Below are positions 53,780-64,000 of a stretch of 64,000 nucleotides of DNA, in pieces; position 1 is the first letter of the stretch, and each line of letters begins with the position of its first letter. A model generated the notes under the pieces. That model was given only the letters and a program-made list of their open reading frames with translations. It made no database searches and had not been told where the DNA came from. The stretch is taken from assembly GCA_964016885.1 (NCBI GenBank), contig OZ024740.1, positions 352,408,001 through 352,472,000 on the forward strand, given 5' to 3'. A program made the translations under genes and the position numbers. This stretch comes from Eledone cirrhosa. Lineage: Eukaryota.

Positions 53780-54480
53780 TGTTCCAAGCATTTGGAGGAA
53801 TTTATCCCATATGCAATCTTATTGCTAACTACTCTTATGTATCTGTTATATATAAAACCTTGCTATTCTTGTCAACCTGTCTGTGATCCCACTACACCAC
53901 ACCACTTGTCCATATTTTACAATGGGATGGAATTCCTACCTACTTCTTTTTTGTGTATTAAACATTGCAGCTTTCCTGGTGATAGCAAAATCCTGTCTTT
54001 TTTTCTGCTAACTAAAACTTTAGACTTTGCTTGGTTTACTTTGTGGCTTCTCAGTTATTGGTTTTGCTTCCAAGTTTGGAATGTCTTCTCTAAATCTCTG
54101 GTTTAGCTGTGAGAACCAAGCCATCAGCATTCAGAAGTTTCCATGGCAAACCAGTCTAATCTAAAACTCCTCTATTATTGCCTGGGGGACTATAATAAAT
54201 AGGGAACTGAGAACCAAGCTTTGATGAACCCTTACTTGCATACTAAATTCCTCACTGAACTTGTTAATTCTGATATTGTTGATGGCATCTATCCCTAGTT
54301 TTCTTAGCAACCACTAAACTACAGAGCATGGAAACTCGTTAAAGACTTTCTTTGGGTCGACTGAAGCAGGTAGAGTGGCTAGATAGAAGGTATTGGTGAT
54401 ATCTAGCATAAACATGAACTGTATTTCGTCTAGGCTAATTTTCTTTCTCTGCACCTCATCCGGGCTAATTCTCTTTCCTA
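53780..54480 (-). mobile_element. Highly degraded RTE-clade LINE fragment
   Basis: Reverse complement resembles GVHQGSVLSPLLF, ELLNAD and GRNSI regions of the family. Confidence 0.65.
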
Positions 54481-56004
54481 ATTCTAAGCTCTTTACAAAA
54501 TAAAGCTATTTCCTTGTCTTGATGAATATTTAATAAATGGTGTTATTGTAAGAAGATTATCAAGTCATAAAGTTGTAGCAAATATCAGGCACCATTTCTT
54601 AGTAAAATGCTGACGTAATTTAAGTGGTTTTTCATCCCAAACTGGTGCATGATAGACCTGACCATGCTCTCCTTGCAATCACTAAACAATTTAAATTAGA
54701 TATTGACCCTACATTAACCCCACTCCATTATTCCTATGTGTGAGTCCAGGAATGCTAGGGAAAATATTTAAGCTTAATTGTATTGGTTTACACACAGTAT
54801 TAGCAGTGTCAAAATATACATATATTTTCTTGTCTGCAGTTGGTACAGTTTATTCTAAAATCATCAATTCATTTAGTTTTCGTGATTATATTTCTGACTA
54901 AATAATGTTACATGCAATAGACTGGGGGTATTTAAAATGCAGTAATCTCTTACTTTATAGCATAGCTTTAGATCTTATGAAAGCCAACCACACCAATAGT
55001 ATGTAAATTTGTGTGGTCAAAGAAGCATAGAACAAAAACACAAATGCAAATATAAAAGCAAAGAGTCTTCTCAACTAGATGCTCCACATCATTACTGTTC
55101 AACATCTATTTTCTATGCTTGCATAGGTTAAACAGGTTGTCATGTACTGAGGCTAGACTGGTCAGGTGACCATGTCTTGCTTGTATGCTCTGTTTTGGGC
55201 TTGGTTTTTACAATTAGATGCCCTCCTTAAAGCAAATGAATAGTAGTAGTGATTTTGTAATTGAAATAAGCTCTTTGGTGCATGCCTATGTTGTTAATTC
55301 CATTGTGTGGCACCCTGGGCAAGTGTCTTCTACCACAACCTTTAAATTAACCAATGCGTTATGATTCATATTTGGTTTGTGTAAACGTTGTTGGGAGCTG
55401 TTGTATGATTTTGTTTGTGCGCTTGCTTGGACATGCGTGTATACACACAGATATGTGTACAAACAAAAATATTTGCATTAACAGCTTCAATGAAAAATAT
55501 AATAATTGAATTTTCATAGACCTGCCCCTCCCTCCATAAGATCTGTTTTGGGCTTTTTCTACCTTACAGGGTGGACTGGGCGATTTATCCTCCTTAAGGC
55601 CTTCATGTTTAAGTGTTTATTATTAATAGTTGTGGGTTATTAGTTGAGTGAAAGTTTATTTTACTAACCCTTCATATTTATTGATTTACTCTGGTTTTAA
55701 CCTTGTTAGGCTTTTTTCATCTTTAATGTATTTATTTTCTTCTAATGGGAGATACTCTCTTAATAGTATTTTGTCTTTTCTTCTTTATTTTATCTGTCAA
55801 GGATAAAAGGTTTTATTTTTGTTATGATTTACTAAAAATGATATATACACTGTCTTAGGTATTTTGGTTTGTGATAAAAATATATTACTATGTTTTGTTA
55901 AATATGCAAACTAACATGTAGATGTTTAATTAAAATATTAGTGTTGCCTTTAAACCACATGCCAACAAATATATTAAACATTTTAGGATTTATATTACAA
56001 ATAT

Positions 56005-56221
56005 ATTAAACATTTTAGTATTTACATTACTCTATATATACTATTATATTTTCACGGTAAGGCTTTACCTCACATAATATCGAATCTATGAGATTTTGAT
56101 ATTATTTATTTTGAGAACAATACCTTGAGTTAAGTATGATCAGCCGGTTACAGCCAATTTGAACAGAAACAGGTGAGAGAATCCTTGACGGATACAGCTG
56201 GTTTAAATGCTAAAGGGTTAA
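56005..56221. mobile_element. piggyBac-type MITE
   Basis: Family internal sequence ending TTTAAATGCTAAAGGG-TTAA. Confidence 0.75.
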
Positions 56222-56807
56222 ATTAAATGTGATGATGTAAATGGGTGGATAATATGTTCCTTTAAACATTGACATTTTGTTTTTGCACAATTTTATGTAA
56301 GAACATGTATTGGTTAATGGTGTAACTATATTTATATGAGATCTCATGGCAGTCATGATGTTTTGGTTTATTTCTCTCGCTCAGAAATGCTCCATGTAAT
56401 GAGATTATTGTTTTTATTGTTCCTGAAATCAAATATTAGTGTTGGTTGCTACAGCAACAGTGAATCTTGGGAGTAACTCAAACATTTAGAGATTATTATT
56501 GCTACCACTGACAAACCAAAGTCCTTAAATAATTGATATATAGTTATACTTCTTAACTAAAGTATTTTCAATTAATTGAAACTATTTATCTATAAAAGAA
56601 AATGTTTTTTTATCTGTTGCTTAATCTACTGACAATATTAACACTTAATCCCCTGTACTACATGAACCTACATCAGCAAGACATTCTTGAAAAGTACAAA
56701 ACAACACTAATTGCATCACATTAAAAATTAAAGTTTAATACTGCAAATTTTTACAATATTCTGTCTGCTAGTAAAAGATACGAATATTTGAATTAAGCGG
56801 CATTTTC

Positions 56808-56846
<39 letters not shown>

Positions 56847-56847
<1 letters not shown>

Positions 56848-59800
56848 TGCATTTATCTTGCTTTATGTTTATACGAGTTATCACCAAGTCACAACCAGTG
56901 ACCTCAAGAGACAACAAGGTCCGCCATGTTCAAGAAAGAACACACATATTCACACATGCATCCTTAGTGTTTAGACTTGTGATGTACTTATATTGACAGG
57001 ATCTTCCTTAGTATATGGGCAGTTCCCATTAGTACTATCTTTTGTATTTCTCCTATACGCGGGTTTCCTGGGATTTGCGATAAGTAGTCATTAGACCCCT
57101 TAGGTATCATTCCCAGAGCGCCTACAACCACTGGTATTGTTTTAGTTCTCAATTTCCACATTTTTCCAATTTCTATCTCCAGGTCCTTATACTTGCTCAA
57201 TTTTTCAAATGTTTTTATAGATACATTCTTGTCTATTGGAACAGACATATCAATTAGCAGGCATACCCTCCTTTGAAAGTCCTTCAATATTATATCAGGT
57301 CTATTTGCATCTATTTTTCGGTCTGTTTGGATGCTAAAGTTCCACAAGATTGAGATGTGATCTTTTTCAAGTATGGGAGGTGGTTGATGCTCCCACCAAT
57401 TCTTTTGATGGGGCAGGTCAAAATGCTTACACATTATCCAATGTATGTATTGTGCAGCTCTGTCATGCCTGTTTAGGTATTCGGTTGGAGCTATAGGACT
57501 GCACATTGAAATTATATGGTCAATGGTCTCTGGTTGTTTTTTGCATACACGGCATAATGGGCTGCACCCATTTTTTATTATGTTGGCTTGGTAATTTTTT
57601 GTTGGCAGACACTGATCTTGTGCGGATATAATCAGTCCTTCAGTCTCCGATTTCAGTCCAGAGGATGCCAACCACTGATGGGTTAAAGTTTTGTCAACAT
57701 CAGGATTGTTAGCTCGCTCTGGGTATTTTCCATACAATGGCTTTTCTTGCCATTTCTTAGCCAGTTTCTGTAGCAGTTCTTTCTTTGCAGTTACTTTTAC
57801 CTGCTTTGCTTTTTCTGTGTTTTCCATTTCAGCAGTAAATGGGACTTCTGAAATTTGTAGTCCATTACTGTATCTTTGTGCATCTTTTGTAATGGAATAT
57901 GATCTTTTGGTGCTTTCGTGTTTCAAAACGAGTTTGATCATCCAATCATGTGATTCCCTTAGATATGTGGATAATCCAATTGTTGCAGTTTTCAACGCAA
58001 TGTCTAACTGGATTAACCCACGTCCTCCTTCTTTCCTAGGGAGATATATTCTATCTATGTCTGCCTTAGGGTGATGCATTCTGTGCATGGTTAAGAATTT
58101 TCGGATTTTTGTATCGAGCCTACGGATCTCTGTGCTTGACCAGTTGATGACATTGTAACTATAGGTTACTACTGGTATGGCAAGCGTGTTTATGGCATCG
58201 ATCCTATTCCTTGCATTCAATTCCGTTCTTAAGATTGCTCTGACTCTGCGGTAACATTCCTTCCTTATCCTTTCCCTCATTGTCGAGTGTTTGATTCCGT
58301 CTCCTTCACAAACACCTAGATATTTGTAAGTTTGTTCTTGATCAAGCTCTCTTATCACGTTCCCCCGATCAAGATTAATGTCTGAACTCTTCAGCAGCTT
58401 TCCTCTGGTGAACGTTGCTTTGGCGCATTTATCCAGTCCAAACTCCATTTTAATGTCATCACTGAACTGCTTCACAGTGGATAATAGCCCTTGCAATTGT
58501 TCATCATTTTTTGCGAATAGTTTCAGGTCATCCATGTAGAACAGGTGATTAATGGTTTTGTCATAGACTCTATATCCATGTTTTGTTTCATTGAGCATTT
58601 TACTTAATGGTATAAGTGCGATGCAGAATAAAAGCGGTGATAAAGAGTCACCCTGAAAAATTCCACAATTAATGTTAACTTCTCCAGCTTCCAGTGATTT
58701 TGTCAAAAGGAGTGTCGTTCTCCATGTCCTCATACTGAATGACAACCTCCTGACAACGGGGGATATTTTGAAAATCTCTAAACATTTTTCAATCCAACTG
58801 TGTGGCAAACTATCAAATGCTTTTTTATAATCTATCCAAGCAATCGATAGATTTTTGTGTCTATTATGACAATCTTCCAGTATCATTTTGTTAACCAGAA
58901 GCTGATCCTTACAGCCATATGAGCCTCGTTTACACCCTTTCTGCTCAATGGGAAATAGGTCATTTGTTATCAGGTGGTCATATGTGTATTCAGTTAGGAC
59001 TGATGTTAAAATTTTATACATTGTGGTCAAGCAGGTTATCGGTCTGTAATTTTTGGGATTGTTTGTCTCATCATTCTTCGGTAGCAGGAATGTAATGCCG
59101 TTAACTAGCCATGATGGTATCTTTTCTGGCTCCTTAACTATTTCATTGTAAAGTTGGGCTAACAGCTCATGAGACTCTGTGAAGGCATTTATCCAAAAGT
59201 TTTGTATTTTGTCTTTTCCTGGGGATTTCCATTTGCTGGTTTTTCTTAGAGCCAAGCGCAGCTGTTCAACTGTTATATTTTCCCATGTTTGTTCTTCAAG
59301 GTGAGCTGTTTCTTTCATTTGTCTGTCTATCCATGGGGCATGTATGTTATGAACTTTTTCTTCGGGCCAGATCTTTTCCCAGAATTCTTGCACTTCCTCC
59401 TTGGGTGGTATTGATTTAGCAGCTATTGTTGACTTACCAATTTTTCTGTAGAAGTTTCTTTGGTTGTTTTTGAACATATTATTGTCCTTATAGAATCTAG
59501 ATCGTTTTTGAAAGCGCCTTATACGAGCAGCTTTGGCCGACACTTTTTGCTTGATTGTTTCTATCAGCATGTCTATGTCACATGTTGATCTTATACTGTA
59601 CTTTTTTTTCAATTTTCTAAGTTTAGTTTGTTTAACATGTTCACCTACTTTATAGTTTGTTAAAATTTCTATGTCAGATCGGAGAAGGTTTATTTGGCGA
59701 TTGATGTTATCTTGCCAAGTAGATTTCTTGTGGGAATTCCTTTGTTTTTTCATCTTCACTCCACATAAGTGAGTGGTGACTTTAGCCGATGCATAATAGA

Positions 59801-59865
59801 GATGATTTAAGTCAGTAATGTTTATTTTGTTTGTGATGATAATGTTTTTGAGAATTATGTTAGTC

Positions 59866-59866
<1 letters not shown>
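56847..59866 (-). mobile_element. R4/Dong-clade non-LTR retrotransposon, 5'-truncated, inserted in (TAA)n
   Basis: Single long ORF with RT and C-terminal restriction-like endonuclease. (TTA)n arrays on both flanks (about 56808-56846 and 59866-59921). Confidence 0.9.
56988..59759 (-). CDS. Reverse transcriptase with CCHC finger and restriction-like endonuclease (923 aa)
   Basis: KSPGKD, NYRPITCL, DYKKAFD, GIFQGDSLSPLLF, YMDD, CRVC..ETIDHIISMC, RHD, RPDI..D..EKLSKY. Confidence 0.93.
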   Translation of the reverse strand: MKMKKQRNSHKKSTWQDNINRQINLLRSDIEILTNYKVGEHVKQTKLRKLKKKYSIRSTCDIDMLIETIKQKVSAKAARIRRFQKRSRFYKDNNMFKNNQRNFYRKIGKSTIAAKSIPPKEEVQEFWEKIWPEEKVHNIHAPWIDRQMKETAHLEEQTWENITVEQLRLALRKTSKWKSPGKDKIQNFWINAFTESHELLAQLYNEIVKEPEKIPSWLVNGITFLLPKNDETNNPKNYRPITCLTTMYKILTSVLTEYTYDHLITNDLFPIEQKGCKRGSYGCKDQLLVNKMILEDCHNRHKNLSIAWIDYKKAFDSLPHSWIEKCLEIFKISPVVRRLSFSMRTWRTTLLLTKSLEAGEVNINCGIFQGDSLSPLLFCIALIPLSKMLNETKHGYRVYDKTINHLFYMDDLKLFAKNDEQLQGLLSTVKQFSDDIKMEFGLDKCAKATFTRGKLLKSSDINLDRGNVIRELDQEQTYKYLGVCEGDGIKHSTMRERIRKECYRRVRAILRTELNARNRIDAINTLAIPVVTYSYNVINWSSTEIRRLDTKIRKFLTMHRMHHPKADIDRIYLPRKEGGRGLIQLDIALKTATIGLSTYLRESHDWMIKLVLKHESTKRSYSITKDAQRYSNGLQISEVPFTAEMENTEKAKQVKVTAKKELLQKLAKKWQEKPLYGKYPERANNPDVDKTLTHQWLASSGLKSETEGLIISAQDQCLPTKNYQANIIKNGCSPLCRVCKKQPETIDHIISMCSPIAPTEYLNRHDRAAQYIHWIMCKHFDLPHQKNWWEHQPPPILEKDHISILWNFSIQTDRKIDANRPDIILKDFQRRVCLLIDMSVPIDKNVSIKTFEKLSKYKDLEIEIGKMWKLRTKTIPVVVGALGMIPKGSNDYLSQIPGNPRIGEIQKIVLMGTAHILRKILSI

Positions 59867-59902
<36 letters not shown>

Positions 59903-60185
59903 CATTATTATTATTATTATTGGCGTCCTACGTAGGAAATCGTATTATTGTGAGCTCCGCAAAGGTTTGTTGTTTTCAGTTGTTTCAAATTGCCAGTTAT
60001 GGAAAATTTTTGTTAAGTGTTTATAAGTTCACATATATTGCTTTCTGAAAAGGACACTCAAAAAGATTGGGGTCTTGAGCCCAAAATTTAAACTTTTATA
60101 ATTATCAAACAAAAACTTTCTAATAAAATGGAGCATCAGCGCCTATGCACCATGACATATCGGACGATAAACACAAAATCACCAA

Positions 60186-61349
60186 GTGGAAAGGGCATCC
60201 GAGTCGCAGATACAAAAAGCTTTGGGACATGTGTGGGCGAAAAAGACCCACATCAGACGTGGCCAGAAATATGGAACCGTGGGCGTGTTCTTTGAAACCC
60301 CACAGGAAGCCAGAGAGCACTCCATGGCCCCATTAAGAAGTGATGAGTTCACACTGGTCCCAAGCTATTGTGGTCAGAGACTCGTGAAGATCAGGGTGAC
60401 CCACGTTCCGCCGGCCATCGAAATTCCCAGGCTAATGGCTGCCGGCATCGAGGCCAACATGAAAATAATTGAGGTAACAAAAGAAAAGCAGGAGTACTGG
60501 TCCGGATCTGGGATGGAGCTCCTGATCCAAGCGGACCAAAAAAACATTGAGGAAATTCCAGAGATGATAGACCTCAATGACGGCAGCCACCTCACCGTAA
60601 TCGTTGAGGGTAGAAGGCCTAGGTGTGTCGTTTGTGGCGAAGAAACCCACCTAAAGGCTTTCTGCCCTCAGGCTAAAAAGTTGAGGCCACCTCTCCTACC
60701 CACCCCAGTGACTCAACCATCAAAACCACCAGCAGCAGAAAAGGCAGAAGCAACTGTAGCAGCAACAACCCCAGCAACAGTAGCAAAACCAACACCAGCG
60801 CCTCCACCATCCACCACGCCACAACCAAAACCAACGCCTGTGGAGGATTTTCCACTCTCCGACCTATCCCAACTGGAGACAGATTGTGATGATGAGGAGG
60901 AGTGGGAAATGGTATTAGGAAAAAAGAAAAAATCCTCCAAAAACAAAATGCAGGGGGAAACAAATAAGCAAACAAACAAAAAAGTTGGCAGCTATGCCAC
61001 TACCCACACCAGCATCACCACCACAAACACCAACACCATCACCATCATTAACCCCACAACCACCATCAGCAAAAAGCGAAACAGAAACAAACCATCAACA
61101 AATGCAAACAAAATAAAACAACCAAAACGATACACACTACACAGCATTAAATTTAAACAACAATCAATTATTACACTACATCCAACGCAACACCAGCATC
61201 ACAGAAAAAGACAACACAACACCCCAAAAATTCACACCATCTCCACACATACAAATCACTCGCATCACACAGACTTACACAACACTAAAACAAAAATTCC
61301 CCAAGGACATCGGAGACTTCCGACAAACACTCTCCAGGAGGATTTATAA
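60186..61349 (+). CDS. LINE ORF1-like protein (gag-type zinc knuckle), probably frameshifted
   Basis: GRRPRCVVCGEETHLKAFC (CX2CX4HX4C) followed by Pro/Thr-rich, acidic and Lys-rich low-complexity tracts. Confidence 0.7.
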   Translation: MERASESQIQKALGHVWAKKTHIRRGQKYGTVGVFFETPQEAREHSMAPLRSDEFTLVPSYCGQRLVKIRVTHVPPAIEIPRLMAAGIEANMKIIEVTKEKQEYWSGSGMELLIQADQKNIEEIPEMIDLNDGSHLTVIVEGRRPRCVVCGEETHLKAFCPQAKKLRPPLLPTPVTQPSKPPAAEKAEATVAATTPATVAKPTPAPPPSTTPQPKPTPVEDFPLSDLSQLETDCDDEEEWEMVLGKKKKSSKNKMQGETNKQTNKKVGSYATTHTSITTTNTNTITIINPTTTISKKRNRNKPSTNANKIKQPKRYTLHSIKFKQQSIITLHPTQHQHHRKRQHNTPKIHTISTHTNHSHHTDLHNTKTKIPQGHRRLPTNTLQEDL

Positions 61350-61460
61350 GGACATCCTTCCGGAGGAGGCCACAAGCAGTGAGAAGGATGGAGAAACCAT
61401 CCTTCCTCTACGAGAAGTGAGGTAAGTGGTCTTTCCCATCTTTTTCCACTCCTTTTCAAC

Positions 61461-64000
61461 ATGCCCTCACTCAGAATAGGCAGCATAAAAGCGCGTGGTC
61501 TGGGGTCGTCATGGAAGTAGAGCCACCTGTTCGACGACCTCAGGTCACTAAACATAGATGTGGTGACCATCAGCGAGACCAGAATCTCCGAAGCATGAGC
61601 CTTCGCACCGATCTTCGGTGGCTATGATGTGTATGCATCTCCCAGCCGTCCTGGATCGGAGGGAGGAGTTGCTGTGCTTTTTCGGAGAGGTTTGGATCTC
61701 GCCATACGGGCCATCTTCCAGAAAGTAAGTTGGTAGTGCTGGACGTGACCAGCGGGGATGGGCAAGCTTTCAGGCTAGTGGCCTTCTATACCCCAACAGG
61801 AGCAGGGCAGCCTGATTTCTTCCGGCGTATGGAGACCTTTCTTGGAACGTCCTGCTCTATAGTGTTAGTAGGCGACTGGAATGGGATCTTAGATGCAGGC
61901 TGGAACTGTGTGGGATTAGGGGAGGAGGGTGTAAAATCCTCGCACACCTGCTCAGATGGTTTCAACTGTCTGACAGGTACCGTCTGGATTTCCCGAATGT
62001 GCCAATGTGGACATGGACAAACCGCATCGGGTCATCCAGATCATATCTAGATAGGGTATTTTGTAGGGAAATAGATAGGTCTAGCATAGGCTGTTCACAT
62101 TTCAAAATAGTCGACTACACGGACCACAAATTCGTGATCTGTGAGGTTGACTTAGATAGGTTCATAGACAGGGACCCCCGCTACTGGAAGCTGAACGCGT
62201 CATTGACAGCACGCAAGGCCTACAGAGACCGGATTAGCGAATTAGTTAGCGAGCGTTGACGGGGACCATCGTCGACAACAAATGGTGGTTTGCTCTGAAA
62301 AGAGCGATTAGAATAGAGTCCATTACGTTTAGTAAGGTTTTAGCAATAGAGAAAAATAGAGCAGAAGGAGAACTAGTTAGAAAATTAGACGAGGCGCTTA
62401 GTAAAGGCATCGTGACTGACGTACTTGCGGCGAAATTGGCCCTTGATTAATTCTTCAATGCAAAGCACGAAGGGTGCGTGCTCTCAGACACGAGGGGATG
62501 AAAGCCGTTCAATGGGCCCGAGTGGCGGAGGCGCGTCGTGGCAACAAAGCCAAGGATCCGGTCTTTGGTGGACCACGACGGGCGCATGCTACTCGATCCC
62601 GGGCAAATGTGTGAAGCTTTTCAGCGACACTTCGCTCAGCTGTTCGGGGGCAGCGGCAGGCCGGATCGAGAGATGGACTTTAGTGTCTACCTCGACGGAG
62701 TGTTGCAAAAAACCGATAACAGCCGCTGAAGTACGGGAGGCAGTGACTGGCTGCACAAGGGGTAAATCGCCTGGTTTGGATGGTCTGCCCTATGAACTTT
62801 ACGTACAGATGCCAGACTTGTTCGGAGGCTTCTTTGCGGACGTCTACTTCAACTGGCAACAGAATGGGAGAATTCCCAGCTCTGTGAGCCGAGGAGCGGT
62901 GGCGCTGCTGAGAAAGGATCCGAAAAAGGGGGATCACATAGATAATTTCAGGCCCATAACTCTGTTCAATATTTTGGCCAAGGTGCTAGCAAAGAGGTTG
63001 GCGCTTGTCGTTGGTTGTATGGTGGGAGAGGCGCAGACATGCGCCATTCCAGACTGATCTATCCACGACAACCTCCACCTCATGCGATACATTGTGGAGA
63101 GGGTACCTAGGGAACTTGGCACGGGTGGGTCCTTGATCAATTTAGATCAGTCGAAAGCTTTCGATAGGGTCAACCATCTTTATATGGCGGCAGTCCTGAG
63201 GGCGGCTGGCTTTGGGCCCGTCTTCAGAGGCTGGATCACTGCCACGCACAGCGACATCTGCTCTGTGGTGAGAGTGAATGGTCTCCTTTCGGAACCGTTC
63301 AACATCATGTACTCGGTCCGCCAAGGATGTCCCCTCTTGTACGTATTGACTCTCGTGCCATTACTGCACAAACTGGAGACGTGGGAGGTCCCGCAAGAAC
63401 TAGGATGCGGAAGATCCATGTCAGCATATGCGGACGATGTCACCGTAGTGGTGTCGAACCCCAAACACATCGAGGTGATCGGCACTACACTAAGAGAATA
63501 CGAAGCGGTGACAGGAGCAATGACCAACCAGGAAAAGTCGGTGGGCTTGCAGTTCGGCACCTGGAGAGGCAGGTCCATGCCGTCCAACAGCGTCGTCTGG
63601 CGCTGGACGGACGGACCGGTTAAATTGCAAGGGGTCAAAAAATTGCTAGACGGATAAAAACTGGGATGAGGTGACGAGTAGGGTGGCTTCTCTCACCCAG
63701 AAATGGGCGGAGAGGAAGCTATCCCTGAAAGGTCGAGCGGAGGTGGCGAACACGTACTTCGCGTCCGTCATCTACTACCGCCGAACCTTCGTGCCTTGTC
63801 CTAAGCCTCGCCTGACTGCGCTGGAGCGTTTGCTCTTTCGCTTTTTGTGGAAGGGACGCACTCCAATGGTCAGGCGGTTCATCTGCTGTCAACACTCATT
63901 ACGTGGAGGGCTGGGCATGCCGTGGCTGATGATGTGCGAAAATCTGCTGTCGCGTGTAGGACGGATCCGGCTATCAGCTGAGTCCATCGTGAGGATTGCC
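61461..64000 (+). pseudogene. Tx1/L1-like ORF2 (APE endonuclease and RT) with stops and frameshifts
   Basis: GSIKARGL, SET, VGDWN, SYLDRV, TDH, WKLNAS, KSPGLDGLP, NFRPITL, DQSKAFDRV, VRQGCPL, AYADD. Confidence 0.9.

Larger units (their letters stand above)
59922..64000 (+). mobile_element. Tx1/L1-like LINE, degraded, running off the window
   Basis: ORF1 with a CCHC knuckle followed by a fragmented ORF2 (APE endonuclease and RT). Confidence 0.85.

Noticed and set aside
54825-54880. Acceptor-like ttttcttgtctgcag as candidate SUZ12 exon 5
   Set aside because: In the required phase it reaches a stop within six codons and shows no similarity to the expected LQLTFTGF-like sequence.
57691-58074. 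Antisense ORFs over LINE coding regions (also 22597-23412, 36690-37172, 63180-63638)
   Set aside because: Reverse-frame shadows of retrotransposon ORFs.

Overview
AT-rich, microsatellite- and transposon-dense animal genomic DNA. The repeat content suggests a coleoid cephalopod such as Octopus (inference). The only host gene I can support is the 5' part of a Polycomb PRC2 subunit SUZ12 orthologue on the + strand. It has four coding exons (8933-9188, 13651-13697, 27358-27422, 46622-46693) with canonical GT-AG junctions, in-phase splicing and introns of about 4.5, 13.7, 19.2 and >17 kb; the rest of the gene lies beyond the window. The introns hold RTE-type LINE fragments with a PHD-like finger, CR1-group and CRE-like fragments, tRNA-derived SINEs, piggyBac-type MITEs and non-autonomous Helitrons. 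They also hold a nearly intact antisense R4/Dong-like retrotransposon inserted in (TAA)n and a degraded Tx1/L1-like LINE. The most notable non-coding signal is three distinct type I hammerhead ribozyme motifs (3552-3589 +, 41320-41362 -, 42710-42789 -). Each sits in a short ORF-less module flanked by (TA)n and is associated with inverted or tandem duplications, resembling Penelope-like pseudo-LTRs or retrozymes. Several long intronic fold-backs would also form dsRNA in the SUZ12 pre-mRNA. Repeat boundaries are read by eye and are approximate.
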